Made by a program: the position numbers and the translations under genes
Shown here: positions 49,582 through 61,439 of the stretch, piece by piece
How the letters are laid out: the number at the start of each line of letters is the position of its first letter
How positions within the stretch are numbered: position 1 is the stretch's first letter
Assembly: GCA_048013815.1 (NCBI GenBank)
Contig: CM106586.1
Location: forward strand, 12,834,223-12,898,000
From: Setoptus koraiensis
Taxonomy: Eukaryota > Animalia > Arthropoda
Reading direction: 5' to 3'
Length of the DNA: 63,778 bases
The notes under the pieces: model-generated
Databases searched by the model: none
Told to the model about the DNA's origin: nothing
Seen by the model: only the letters and a program-made list of their open reading frames with translations

Positions 49582-52500
49582 ATGTTATTACAAATAATGG
49601 TGTGCCTAATTATAATGTCATCACCAGGTGAATATATAGCAACAGCAACAAACAAACTGAGATGCCTGTCACACAATTGTCACTATTGTTAATTGTTTTT
49701 ATCCAAATTAACTCAAATTTATCCACAAACCAAACATGCAACACACAGGAATGCCTCTGTCCACTGACCACTGTTACACTGATATTGGCTGCTTTCCGAT
49801 AACGCCAGAATTTTATCATCCACGCTACAGGCCCATTAATGTGAGGCCGTGGCACAGAAGCAGAATAAAGACAACATTCACCCTGTTCAACAACGACCAA
49901 ACAGAGGGTTACGTAATGCGACCATGGAATCACTTGAGTACGTAATCTACTCATACGTGAAAAAATAAATAACGCACTACATCTTCATAGAATTAATTAA
50001 TTAATTCTTCTACTTTCTCCGACCGTCTCTCTCTCTCTCTGCCATTGAAGACTTGCAAGCCTCAAGATTCAATCCACTGCTCGAAACCAAGCTCATAATA
50101 CCCGGCTGGCTTGACAACATGAGTGAGTAATATAGAACACACTAGAAACGGCACTATGTTGTGTCATTTTGATGTAATACAAGATCTTCATTCACGAAGT
50201 TGTTGATATTCACTCTTTTGCACTATGCAACTGGCATATTTTGAACAAATCACGCAAACATATTTTTCTAGTCGATCCAACAGTTGCCTCTGATGAAGAA
50301 GTGTGTGTGTGAGAGTATATATCGACTAGTTTTTCAGATATTCGATTTAGACCTAATCTTCTAGAGTTTATGATTTCAACCAGACCACCATCTCTCAGAG
50401 AAGCTAGAAGCTAGGCCTACCGCATTACATTTTCGCTCAATGAATCCAAGGCCAGCTTTCATCATTTCTGAAGAAATCTTCTGTTGGTCTCGAACTCGAG
50501 CCCCAACTTGATGACGAAGAAGGTGTTGAACCTTCTCTTGAGTCTCTTGCGCTAGACGTCGAGCCACAACACGGCGCCCATAAGCGACTCTTTGAGTGAA
50601 AAATATTCTGAAATCTGGATGAACTAGATTGAATTTCATGAGGCAATTAGAAACTGACTCAATCATCGTGATCAATTCTCGATGACAGAATGTATCGTGT
50701 TGATCGTGTCGGATGGAGCAAAGTCTATATCTGTGACAACGTTAAGCTCTGTAGGTTACGGTCGGAAGGAACCTTTTTCGAAATTGTTGTAAATGAAGTT
50801 AGTTATTTGAGGACATTTGCCAATGAGTTGGCAAAATAAAAGAATGGCTAGAATTGGTTTCTGATTGCACCGACATAATGCTCCCGGTTTTTGGTCGATT
50901 GGTGGCCATTCTGAACAACATTGGAGCTGAGATTTTCATTCGACGAATTGCTGGATTTGGCTAGATGCTATGTTTGTCGACCAATCTGACTCAGAGAGTG
51001 TCCGTTGCTATTGTGAATTAGCATTTTATAGAACGAGCTCCACGCTTGTCCATTGTCCATCTCTAGAGCACGCGCCACTGTGTAATCAATGAGGTCAATA
51101 AACAACTACTTATGATTCATTTATTTTCTACATTTATTATCAACAAATTGGAAATAATCTATTCAATCATGTGACGTGTATCAGAAAGGACGCTATGGGT
51201 CAAGAAGCTCAAGGACTCATTTTTGTGGCTGTGGGAACCGGTCAATATTGTGGTCGTCGAATGGGTCAATTTTACCCCCTACACAATCGCCACCGCCAAC
51301 ACTAGGGTGGTGGGTGCCGAGATAGCAAACATGCTAAAGTTTATCGAGGAAGTTTACGAGTATAAGCGTGCCTACTATCATCTGATCGGACATAGTTTAG
51401 GCGCCCACATAGCCGCCTATTGCGGTAAGTGACGCTGTTGAGCCGTGTATGCGCAAAGAAATACCCTCGCTATCTTTGTTATTATTATTATTTCTAATTT
51501 TAATTATTATCGCGACTACAATAACAATTGCTCTCCATTGCAGGGGACAGATTGCCGGGATTAGGCCGCATTACCGCACTGGATCCGGCGCGGCCCTTCT
51601 TTCAGCACATGCCAAAGAGTATTCGCTTGGACAGAGGCGACGCAAAATTTGTTGATGCCATACATAGCGATTTTACGCCAGAGAATGCCTTTTTGTTATT
51701 TATTACGTCATTCGGCATGAGCACGCCAGTGGGACATGTTGATTTTTTTCCAAACAGACCGTCACTGTTACAACCTGGCTGCTTTCGGGATGCCATGTGG
51801 TCTGTGCCGAGGGGCTTTAATCAGGCCATAAGGCACCAGTCTATGGTGGTCGGTTTCATGGAGGCAATCAGATATTTGGTTGCCTGTGATCATCAGCGTG
51901 CTCACGAATGGTTCATAGAGTCAGTGACCAATCAGGAGTGCATGTTTGTCGGAGTGAGATGTTCCGATTACGACGGAGTGGTCAACGGACGGTGCAGTTG
52001 CGACGACTCAAAAGCCGCCTGTGCCATAATGGGAATACACTCGGATCAAATGTATCTCCACGGCGTGCATAACGACATGCCAGATTATTTGAGAAAATTG
52101 CCATCATCATCTTCGTCACTCGAGTTCAATTCGGCCCCCCATTTGCAGCAGCAGCAGCAGCAAAAGCACTTTTCGGCAGCACTTCACCACCAGTTTCGGC
52201 AGCAACAACAACAGTATCACTATCACAAATCAAAAAGCAACGGTCATTTCGGGCTGGTTGCAACCTCACAAGACGATCATGGTCTAGTGCTGGACTTTGA
52301 CGTGCCTGACAGCGACGACCAGACAAGACGAACATTTGTCGGCAACGGCAAGCTAATGAGCAAGCCGCAACAAGACAAGTGGAACACTATCACGAACAGC
52401 CATCATCACTATGATCGATCATCATCATCATTTTTGAGCAACAATCACGCCAATGTTAGAAATACACAACCGAAACTATTGTCAGAAATCAATCAAGAGA

Positions 52501-53552
52501 TTGAGTCGTGGTACGAAAACAACAATCGCTGGTTCCTCATGACAAACAACAAACGTTTATATTGTGTTCATCAGTATCAAGTGCTAGTGTTTGTTGGCTA
52601 TTTGCCAAATTTCGAATACGTCAAAGCCAATTTAATTATGTCTATTATTGGCAGCGAGGGTCGCCTATTAAATCAGCGCTTCTCGCCCAGAGGCGGCAGA
52701 TTAACATCGGATTCGTTGCAACCGTTTTATGTTGTCTTTGAGAGTGCCTTCTCGTTGGGCACCATACAATCGGTGACGCTTGCATGGGAACCCAAGAATC
52801 GCCAAGACGCCTCGGTCAAGGCCAAAATAGAGATGACAAATCCGACATTGTTGCAACTACAAAGTCATCTAGACACAATAGTGCCCGCTATAAATGTCCA
52901 TATGCCCTACAAATCAAACAAAATTAACGTTCAGTCAACGAGACAACAACATTTGCCAGACAAAAATCACTACATAGGCAACGCGTACAAAAGAATAGAT
53001 TCAGCGCCGGATATACGATCAACAGTCAGTGGAGGGCATCATCATTCGTCTATTCGGAGTGCCGGTGGCTGCAAATCTAATCAGATTGATCATGACAACA
53101 ATTTAGAGGATAGTTTTTGCGAAAGATCAACCGGATCTCACCAACGGCACGCCAACTTACCTAGTCCAACGTCGCCAATTCCATTGCAGCGTCCTCTCGT
53201 CAACCGGCTCGACCAATTTGAGCTCGACGACACATTTGAACTGATTCATCCAGAGTCGGTTCTGCTGCCCGCAGTGCCGACACCGCCAATGGTGCAACAT
53301 CAGTACCAGCAACAAAACAACAACGCAATGCAAACAATTGACTTATTGTTGGCCACTTTTTCCAGGCATCGCGATGACAGAATATTTTTGGTGATAAACC
53401 AAATAAGAATCACACCCGTACAGGCCTACTACGGTAAAAATTATAATGTTAAAATCAGCCGGACCTTTTGTCCGCCACACAAAAATTACCTGATACCTCA
53501 CAAGCAGACTGTTCAATTCAGATCGAGCTCTGGCAGTTGTTTCGCGTCCTGA
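49582..53552 (+). CDS. Secreted pancreatic-lipase-family triacylglycerol lipase with interrupted PLAT-like C-terminus, 851 aa; exons 49582-49627, 49749-49937, 50051-50122, 51185-51424, 51544-53552
   Basis: CYTDIGCF N-terminus, GHSLGAHIA nucleophile elbow, ITALDPARP, VDAIHSD and CDHQRA. All four GT-AG introns are phase 1 and the CDS totals 2556 nt. Confidence 0.9.
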
Positions 53553-54062
53553 TCAACAAGGCAGAATCTCTTTCTCTGTCAACGTCAACTCAAAGCAACC
53601 GAAAACCTCGAGATTGATAGCAATTGGCATAGGAAGTTGCTAGAAAACTCAATCCTATTCCATCTACCTCAACAAGCCAAATATCTGCATGCCAACAACG
53701 AGACAATGCATTTGCTCATATATTATTAGTTGAACAATCGCAACTTGATCAATTAAAAGCAATTGTTAATCAAATTCAAGACGTCTCAAGGAGGCTGGCA
53801 ACCTGACCGGGCAATCTCCTTCAAAAGATTACATTGTAGTGACTATTCAGAGCAACTTGCATTTCTTCTCTTTCGCCGATCGTGAATCTTTTGTATAATT
53901 TGTATAATTTTGGCCGTCTTGCGTGGGCTAGCGCGAGGCTTCCGATACGCAGCAAATAAAGTCCGATAAAGAGATCGCGTGCAATGTGATGCAATATCGT
54001 CTTAAACTAGGCCATCATGTTAGTTATCCTCTAGGTTATTCTTATTTAAAAAATGATACGAT

Positions 54063-55039
54063 ATGTCCAATTTAATAAATTTAAGCGTTTTCGGCACACA
54101 ATGTTTTGTGTTGATTTGTTTGCTCTTATACACAATATATATTTCAATAAGTGACAAGGTCACCAATAATGTTGCAGACAAGCCTGTCAAAGAATTGAGT
54201 ATTAATTTGACAAAAATATTGCAATATGCACGCAGAGATGACAATCTTCAATCAAGCAATTCAACAATAGCTGATGGCAATGTCACAGCAGCAACAACAA
54301 ACAATCAAACGACCAATGGATCCAAACAAATGGACCCGATGATTGGAAAATCCACAGTCGTAGATTTCGAAGACGATGACAGCTTTGTGATTGTTGAACT
54401 CAGTCCAGATTCTATTGCCTGGCTAGAAATGGCCGATTTAGGCGATGGCTCATTGATGGACGATGATAATTACATGTCACTCAGTTCGCAAAGTATTGAT
54501 GCCAGCAACGAGAATATCAATGAGACTTACATCCTGAGATTATTGTTGATTTCGGTTATATTAGCTGCCCAAATCATTGCTCTGATAGGTTGTTGGTCTA
54601 ACAGACGTCTTCTGATTTCGATTCACCACACGATTATCTCATTTAGTACAATATTGATGGTGCTGCTACAATTGTTCATTGTTGCACGTAAGTATCTGTG
54701 GCAAGCATTTGTTTTTTGTTCTGTTCCTCTAATTGTCGCAACTGATCTTATTTGCAATTTTGTATCACTCATACTAATCATGAACAATGTGATTTCGAAA
54801 CAATCCCACCAGAACATCGAGAGGAGAATTCCGGCCTAAATGGCCACAATTATCCAAATCAATACTCGGAAATAATGAAAAATCTGCTACTTCCTACCGT
54901 CAATGCGATGATTTCGATAAAGATGGCCATTGTTTTAATAATTTGCAGTAGTTATGCGCATGGTTTGCACTTGATGTGCCGAATGAAAAGAAGAAAGAGC
55001 TACCGTTCAGCAAGCTCGAATTTTTCCGATTTGGCTTAA
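54063..55039 (+). CDS. Orphan four-TM membrane protein, about 283 aa; exons 54063-54687 and 54813-55039
   Basis: Donor C|GTAAGT at 54688 and acceptor CAG| at 54812 are both phase 1 and join two ORF-track frames. Four hydrophobic segments with a large loop after TM1. Confidence 0.65.
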
Positions 55040-55048
55040 TCGATTGAG

Positions 55049-55325
55049 CTACCTCAATGTATTTGACCACGTGGGCCTGTAGCGTGGATGATAAAATTCT
55101 GGCGTTATCGGAAAGCAGCCAATATCAGTGTAACAGTGGTCAGTGGACAGAGGCATTCCTGTGTGTTGCATGTTTGGTTTGTGAATGAATTTGAGTTAAT
55201 TTGGATAAAAACAATTAACAATAGTGACAATTGTGTGACAGGCATCTCAGTTTGTTTGTTGTTGTAGCTATATATTCACCTGGTGATGACATTATAATTA
55301 GGCACACCATTATTTGTAATAACAT
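55049..55325 (-). pseudogene. Truncated lipase duplicate able to encode a 51-aa secreted peptide (exons 55325-55280 and 55158-55049)
   Basis: ATG and both splice sites intact; translation MLLQIMVCLIIMSSPGMPLSTDHCYTDIGCFPITPEFYHPRYRPTWSNTLR*. Confidence 0.6.
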
Positions 55326-55945
55326 TCTATTGGATGAATGATAATTTTTTGCATAAGCGATGACATTATTATATTGTTGACACTATTGACGATTGTGCTC
55401 TGTGACGCTGATTAATTATGTTGCTGATTGTAAAGTGCGAGGCGCGTTGTCATTTTATGCATTTGAGAATTGAGCATTTTAGCTTGTTGCTGGTATGCAC
55501 ATGATTTGCGGTCAGTTCATTATGACACTTGCCAGATATGTAGTTGAGATAGTGGTGATGTTAGGTGGAAAAGAGTTCTCTCCGGCTATTCAGATTAGTT
55601 GGCTGACTGGCGGGCCGAACGGCTGATTCGGTTGGCATGGTCCAGTGAGACTGGTGTGGTCAGCAACGTCGCCGACGACGATACAACCGCACCTAATAAC
55701 GGAGTGGCGCTAATTGGCAGCCGACGGTCGCTCTGAATTCTTGGAATTCAATTGAATGTTGATGTAACAGTTGTTGGCTTGTGAGAGTTTGAGAGAAGTT
55801 TTGACTGGTCAGTTGTTATTGTATCATAATGGTCAGGAGCGCAATTGATCAGTGGCCGGTGATCGGATGAATAGAAACAGTTTGCTGTCTTCATTGTAAC
55901 TGTTTGTTGTTGCGCCGTGATTAATTTGAATTTTACTTTTTTTCG
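55072..55945 (-). repeat. Inverted duplicate of 48960-49835 (lipase upstream region, exon 1, intron 1 and 5' part of exon 2)
   Basis: Reverse complement aligns by eye. Exon 1 and the exon 2 part are identical; intron 1 has 4 substitutions in 121 nt; the upstream part has substitutions and small indels. Confidence 0.95.
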
Positions 55946-56078
55946 ATGGCCGAAGGGGATGGTGCGCAGTGCGCATGCGCACCAAATAAGTCAACCGTCG
56001 TTGTGCGAATGGGGCCGTTATAACAAAATCAGACGCACGTACCGAACTTCAACTGACAAGTGAGTGAGCGCGCTGCTT

Positions 56079-56578
56079 NNNNNNNNNNNNNNNNNNNNNN
56101 NNNNNNNNNNNNNNNNNNNNNNNNNNNNNNNNNNNNNNNNNNNNNNNNNNNNNNNNNNNNNNNNNNNNNNNNNNNNNNNNNNNNNNNNNNNNNNNNNNNN
56201 NNNNNNNNNNNNNNNNNNNNNNNNNNNNNNNNNNNNNNNNNNNNNNNNNNNNNNNNNNNNNNNNNNNNNNNNNNNNNNNNNNNNNNNNNNNNNNNNNNNN
56301 NNNNNNNNNNNNNNNNNNNNNNNNNNNNNNNNNNNNNNNNNNNNNNNNNNNNNNNNNNNNNNNNNNNNNNNNNNNNNNNNNNNNNNNNNNNNNNNNNNNN
56401 NNNNNNNNNNNNNNNNNNNNNNNNNNNNNNNNNNNNNNNNNNNNNNNNNNNNNNNNNNNNNNNNNNNNNNNNNNNNNNNNNNNNNNNNNNNNNNNNNNNN
56501 NNNNNNNNNNNNNNNNNNNNNNNNNNNNNNNNNNNNNNNNNNNNNNNNNNNNNNNNNNNNNNNNNNNNNNNNNNNNNN
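56079..56578. other. Assembly gap (500 N, probably a placeholder size)
   Basis: Run of exactly 500 N. Confidence 0.99.
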
Positions 56579-58477
56579 GAAGATAACTTCAAGTCACCAG
56601 CAGAGTTGCCTTATTTTGAAGGTGACTTTTGGCCTAATGTCATCGAAAAATCTCTCAAAGAACTTGAAATAGAGAAACTCACTCAACCTTCGGCTATAAC
56701 TGCTGGCACAGAGAATAGTCAAGACGTTGAGATGGCAACTGTCAATGATGAAGAGATAATCGAAACTAATGATTGCGAAGATGGGATTAATTCCACCAAT
56801 GATAAATCCTCAATCGATCAGACTAATCAAACCAAAGAGTGTGATGGCACTAACATGAAACAACAGAAAAAGTCAAGTGCCAATAAAAAGTCCAGTAAAA
56901 AACAGAACCAACGAAAAAATAATGTGCACAATTCCAGAAACAAGGGCAGTGCTAATCAACACCAAGCATTATCTAATCCTGCCAGAGCTTGGGAGGCAGA
57001 ACTGACCAACAAAATATATGCCACCATGGAAAAACACAGGGAGGTATTCTTTGTCATAAGATTACATTCGCTATCAGCTGCACAGAATTTGAAGCCGATT
57101 CAGGACCCTGATGGAACTATTAGCTGTGATCTAATGGACGGAAGAGACGCATTCCTAACCATGGCTAGAGAAAAGCATTATGAATTTTCATCTTTGCGAC
57201 GTGCTAAATTCTCTAGCCTGTGCATGCTCTATGAACTCCATAATAGTTCGAATGATAAGTTTGTCTACACGTGTAATGTTTGCAAGAAACAATTGGTGGA
57301 GTCTCGTTATCATTGTGCAACATGTGATGATTTTGATCTCTGTGGAGCTTGTTACTCACGCGAGAGCCATCAGCATAGAATGGAAAGACTGGAATTTGGC
57401 GATCTTGTTGGTGCAGTACCAGGCGAAGAACGTGGAATGGGAGGATCTTTGGGTGGCTTATCCGGTTTGGGATCGAATGATGGAGAAGGAGGATCGAACC
57501 CGTCTAACTTTGGATCAACAGCGGCATCCCCTGGAGATTCTAGAAGACAATCAATCCAAAGATGTGTCAGCGGGCTTGTGCATGCATGCAATTGTCGTGA
57601 CGCTAATTGTCGGCAGCCAGTTTGCACAAAGATGAAAAAGATTGTTCAGCATTCAAGAATATGTTCCTTGCAAAAAAGAGCACCCAATCAGTGTACTATT
57701 TGCAAACAACTTTTGGCTTTATGTTGTTTCCATGCCAAGACTTGTGATGAGACTAAATGCACGGTACCCTTCTGTGCTGCCATCAAGAATAGGTTGAAGC
57801 AACAACAAATACTTCAAAGAATGCAACAACAACAACTAATGCAACGACGTATAGCATCTATGACTAATGCCGGGTCTACATCCACTGCTGCAATCACTGC
57901 TGCTGCAGCAGCTGCTCATGCTACCCCACCGAGTGTTCCAGCGCCTCAACCCAAGTTACCATCAATAAGTAGCCAGCAATCAGCCCTGAACTCATCAGTA
58001 ATGTCCCCCGGTCCAAAGATCTCTGTGCCTATCACTCTTGGAGGTTTGATAGCCAATAGTCCAGCCATGGGTAAACCAGAATCAAATATGATGAACCATT
58101 CATCCATACCGAACAGTGATAGCCCTTCCCCAATACAAGCAACTCCGAATGGAGGAATACATTATATAAAACAATTGAACTCCGTAGGATCGCCACAACA
58201 GCAAATCGTTAACCAGAATATACAAAGTCTCATACCCAAAGTTCCGACACCTGTTGCCGCTTTAACTCCCCAGCAGCTACAGCCACAACATTCCCCTCAC
58301 TATACTATATCAAGCAGTACAATAACTGTCACTCCGGTTGCCCCTCATTTCACAATCAATCAACAACAACAGCAACAACAGCAACAACAGCAGCAACAAC
58401 AACAGCAACAACAACAGCAACAACAGCAACAACAGCAGCAACAACAACAGCAACAACAGCAGCAGCAGCAACAACAA

Positions 58478-58551
<74 letters not shown>

Positions 58552-60184
58552 GCAACAACAACAGCAGCAGCAACAACAGCAACAACAACAGCAGCAGCAA
58601 CAGCAGCAGCAAAAACAACAACAACAACAACAACAGCAGCAGCAACAACAACAACAACAGCAACAACAGCAGCAGCAACAACAACAACAACAACAACAGC
58701 AGCAACAACAACAGCAACAACAACAACAGCAACAACAACAACAGCAGCAGCAACAACAGCAACAACAACAACAGCAGCAGCAACAACAACAACAGCAACA
58801 ACAACAACAACAACAGCAACAGCAACAACAACAACAGCAACAGCATCAGCAACAACAACTCCAACAGCACCAACAAAAGCAGCAGCATCAACAGCACCAG
58901 CATCATCAACATCACCCGCAACAGCAACATCACCATCAGCCCCAACAGCAGCAGCCTAACATGACATTAAATCACACTCGCCCCAGTGTCATGCAACAAC
59001 AGCAGCACCCTATAACCATATCTCAGCCCAATTCATCTCAACAAGTCCATCAACAGATTGCACCCATGAGACCATCCCTCAATCAACATCAACCCAGACA
59101 GATTATGCCCAGGAATCAGCAACCAAGTCTGCAAGGTAACCAACTTGGCACTATGCAGCATACCTCACAACAATCTGGTCTGTTGCAAGGTCAACCCTCT
59201 CAACCACCACAACCATCTCAATCTCCAATGCACAATCACATGCAACAAACGAGAGTTCAGCAATCCCAGCAGACAATGCTTACACAACAACCACAGCAAA
59301 CTCAACAACCCCAGCAACAGCAAACTACTCAACAATGGTATCCTCAAACTAACAATCAAAACCAACAAGTATTTCAGCATCAACAAGTCCAAAACCACAC
59401 ATCTCCATCTAATCCAATGTTAGGTCCTCAGGTGCAATCTCGACCAGCGACCAATGTTCATTATATAAGCCAGCCTAATATATCCCAGGGCTCCAGCAAC
59501 GGGGGTGCTTCAATCCATCAATATATTGGTCCCCAAAATCAAGTGCCTCAACAGCAGATTGCTCCTCACAGGGGCATGCAACCAACATCAATCTCTCAGC
59601 CACAGAATGCCATCAATGCAGGACAACAAATCACTCACCAGTTACGGCAACCATCAATAATGGCGCAACAACCTATGGGTCAACCGAGGATGATGGTCTT
59701 AAGACAATCTAATCACCAACAAACTATTCAACAAGTTCCACAAATTGCCCCTGCTCAACAAATGCATCATACCATGGGTAATCAAATGCAGCAAGGACCG
59801 GCTCAACAACAGAATGTTAACCAATCACAATGGTTTTCTGGCCCACCAAATAGTGTTGTTCATCCTAATATAACTCAGCAACAGCAGGGCTTCATACCTC
59901 AACAACAACAAACTCAACTAAATCAGCCACACATGGTTGTACCCAGAATGCCCAATAATAGGTTGCCAGGTGGAGGGGTTCGAGGCAATATGATAAGAAC
60001 AGCTATGCCTAGACAGATGATGGGCATGACGAGATTCGCAGGCCCTCACCAGATGGGCCAACCTAGCACAGATCAAGACATGCTTTTGTTTCAAAACCAA
60101 GGAGACTTCCGAAACCACCCCCAGACACATCAACAAGAAATGACTCCACAGGATCAACTGAGCCAATTTGTTGAAAAGTTATAG
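56579..60184 (+). CDS. CBP: CREB-binding protein/p300 (nejire), 3' part: end of HAT, ZZ, TAZ2, Q-rich tail; 5' part lost in the gap
   Basis: ELPYFEGDFWPNVIE, DLMDGRDAFLTMAREKHYEFSSLRRAKFS, ZZ finger YTCNVC...CDDFDLC, TAZ2 HACNCRDANC, terminal DQLSQFVEKL. Confidence 0.97.
58361..58843 (+). repeat. Mixed CAA/CAG repeat encoding Q84-K-Q76 within CBP
   Basis: Counted from frame: Gln 58361-58612, AAA 58613-58615, Gln 58616-58843. Confidence 0.95.
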
Positions 60185-60460
60185 ATATGTGGTTCTATGT
60201 ATTACCCTAAATGCATTTACATATTTCGTAGTTGAGCTCAAACCAAAAACTATTTTTGCCTGACCTTCGATACATTTTAATCTCTGAAGATATTCTAACT
60301 GTTCGAACCCTGACTCTTATCTTGAGTAAGATATTACGTTAATTGAACTGAATAAAATTAAAACCTACTTTGTTACAACAGATGATACTATGACAATCAC
60401 TGTTCGCTATTTACGTTATTGAATATTTACATTTTATTTATAGTTTTTGTGATGAAAAAA

Positions 60461-60892
60461 TCAATTCCTTATCGAGGCGTTAGACTTCTTGGCGATGGTT
60501 TTTTTTGCCCGCCCTTTCGCTTTAGCATTGGAGGACCCTGCGATACAGCCCTCATCTGATGACTGGTCGTCAGTACGAATGGATTCTTTCTCTTCTTCGC
60601 CTAGTGCTCTGATGGCAGCCGCAGAGGTAATGGAAGACTTCGAAAAGAGACGCTCTGCCTCTTTAAATTTGCGATCCCGTTTAGTTGGCATGTTCCTGTT
60701 AATAGCGGTAGAGTATCTATCCCATCCTCTAATTATGTTACCGTATGCTTGTGTTTCTTCCAGATAGCCTCCCTCAAAGTTGTAAATCTGTCTCTCTAAA
60801 CTGGATAGCTGATCAGCCAACTCAGCGCGTTTACGCACCAATTCGATTAGATTCTGGCGTGAATCAGAGAGAGGATCTGATTGCTTCTTCAT
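60461..60892 (-). CDS. MEAF6: Chromatin modification-related protein MEAF6/Eaf6 (NuA4/MOZ HAT subunit), single exon
   Basis: [41 protein letters not shown] and [11 protein letters not shown] are Eaf6 signatures. Confidence 0.95.
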   Translation of the reverse strand: MKKQSDPLSDSRQNLIELVRKRAELADQLSSLERQIYNFEGGYLEETQAYGNIIRGWDRYSTAINRNMPTKRDRKFKEAERLFSKSSITSAAAIRALGEEEKESIRTDDQSSDEGCIAGSSNAKAKGRAKKTIAKKSNASIRN

Positions 60893-61439
60893 AATTGATT
60901 TTATTGTAAATCTAGAATTTTAAAAGTATTTTACTGCGACAACAGAGCTATCGCTTCGAAAACTGTCATGTTCTTCTATAAAAACAAAAACTATCAAATC
61001 AGCTGAAAGAGCGTGATACCAGCAATGCGTTGCGCCTGATTATCAACCGATTAAGCGGGATGTTTGAATTGAAAAAACTTCGTGGTAATGCTCTCTTCCG
61101 AAACGTTTATTTTATTGTTTTCAGTTGTCAATTGTTGGATAAGAAGAGAAGAAATGAATGTGACAATGATGAGTTTTAAAATGAGTCTCACTTGAGGCCA
61201 CGCTGATGGTTTCCATGATGGCCTGCCCATCATTTGTGAAATAACTTATGTATCATACATAATATACGCCAAAGATGGAAACGCGATGTATCGCCATATA
61301 TTTTACTACAGACTATTTGACAAACCTATCAAGATGCCAGTGGTCATTATTCACCGCCATGAAAGTTCTACCGTGAATGACCGTCACTTTTGAAAATTGA
61401 GATTTGATATGAGCATTTTTATTATTAGAAAATTATGGA

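Noticed and set aside
56029-56672. ORFs running through the N run
   Set aside because: Artefacts of translating the gap.
58310-58964. Poly-Leu (minus strand) and poly-Asn/Ser (alternate frame) ORFs
   Set aside because: Shadow translations of the CBP CAA/CAG repeat.
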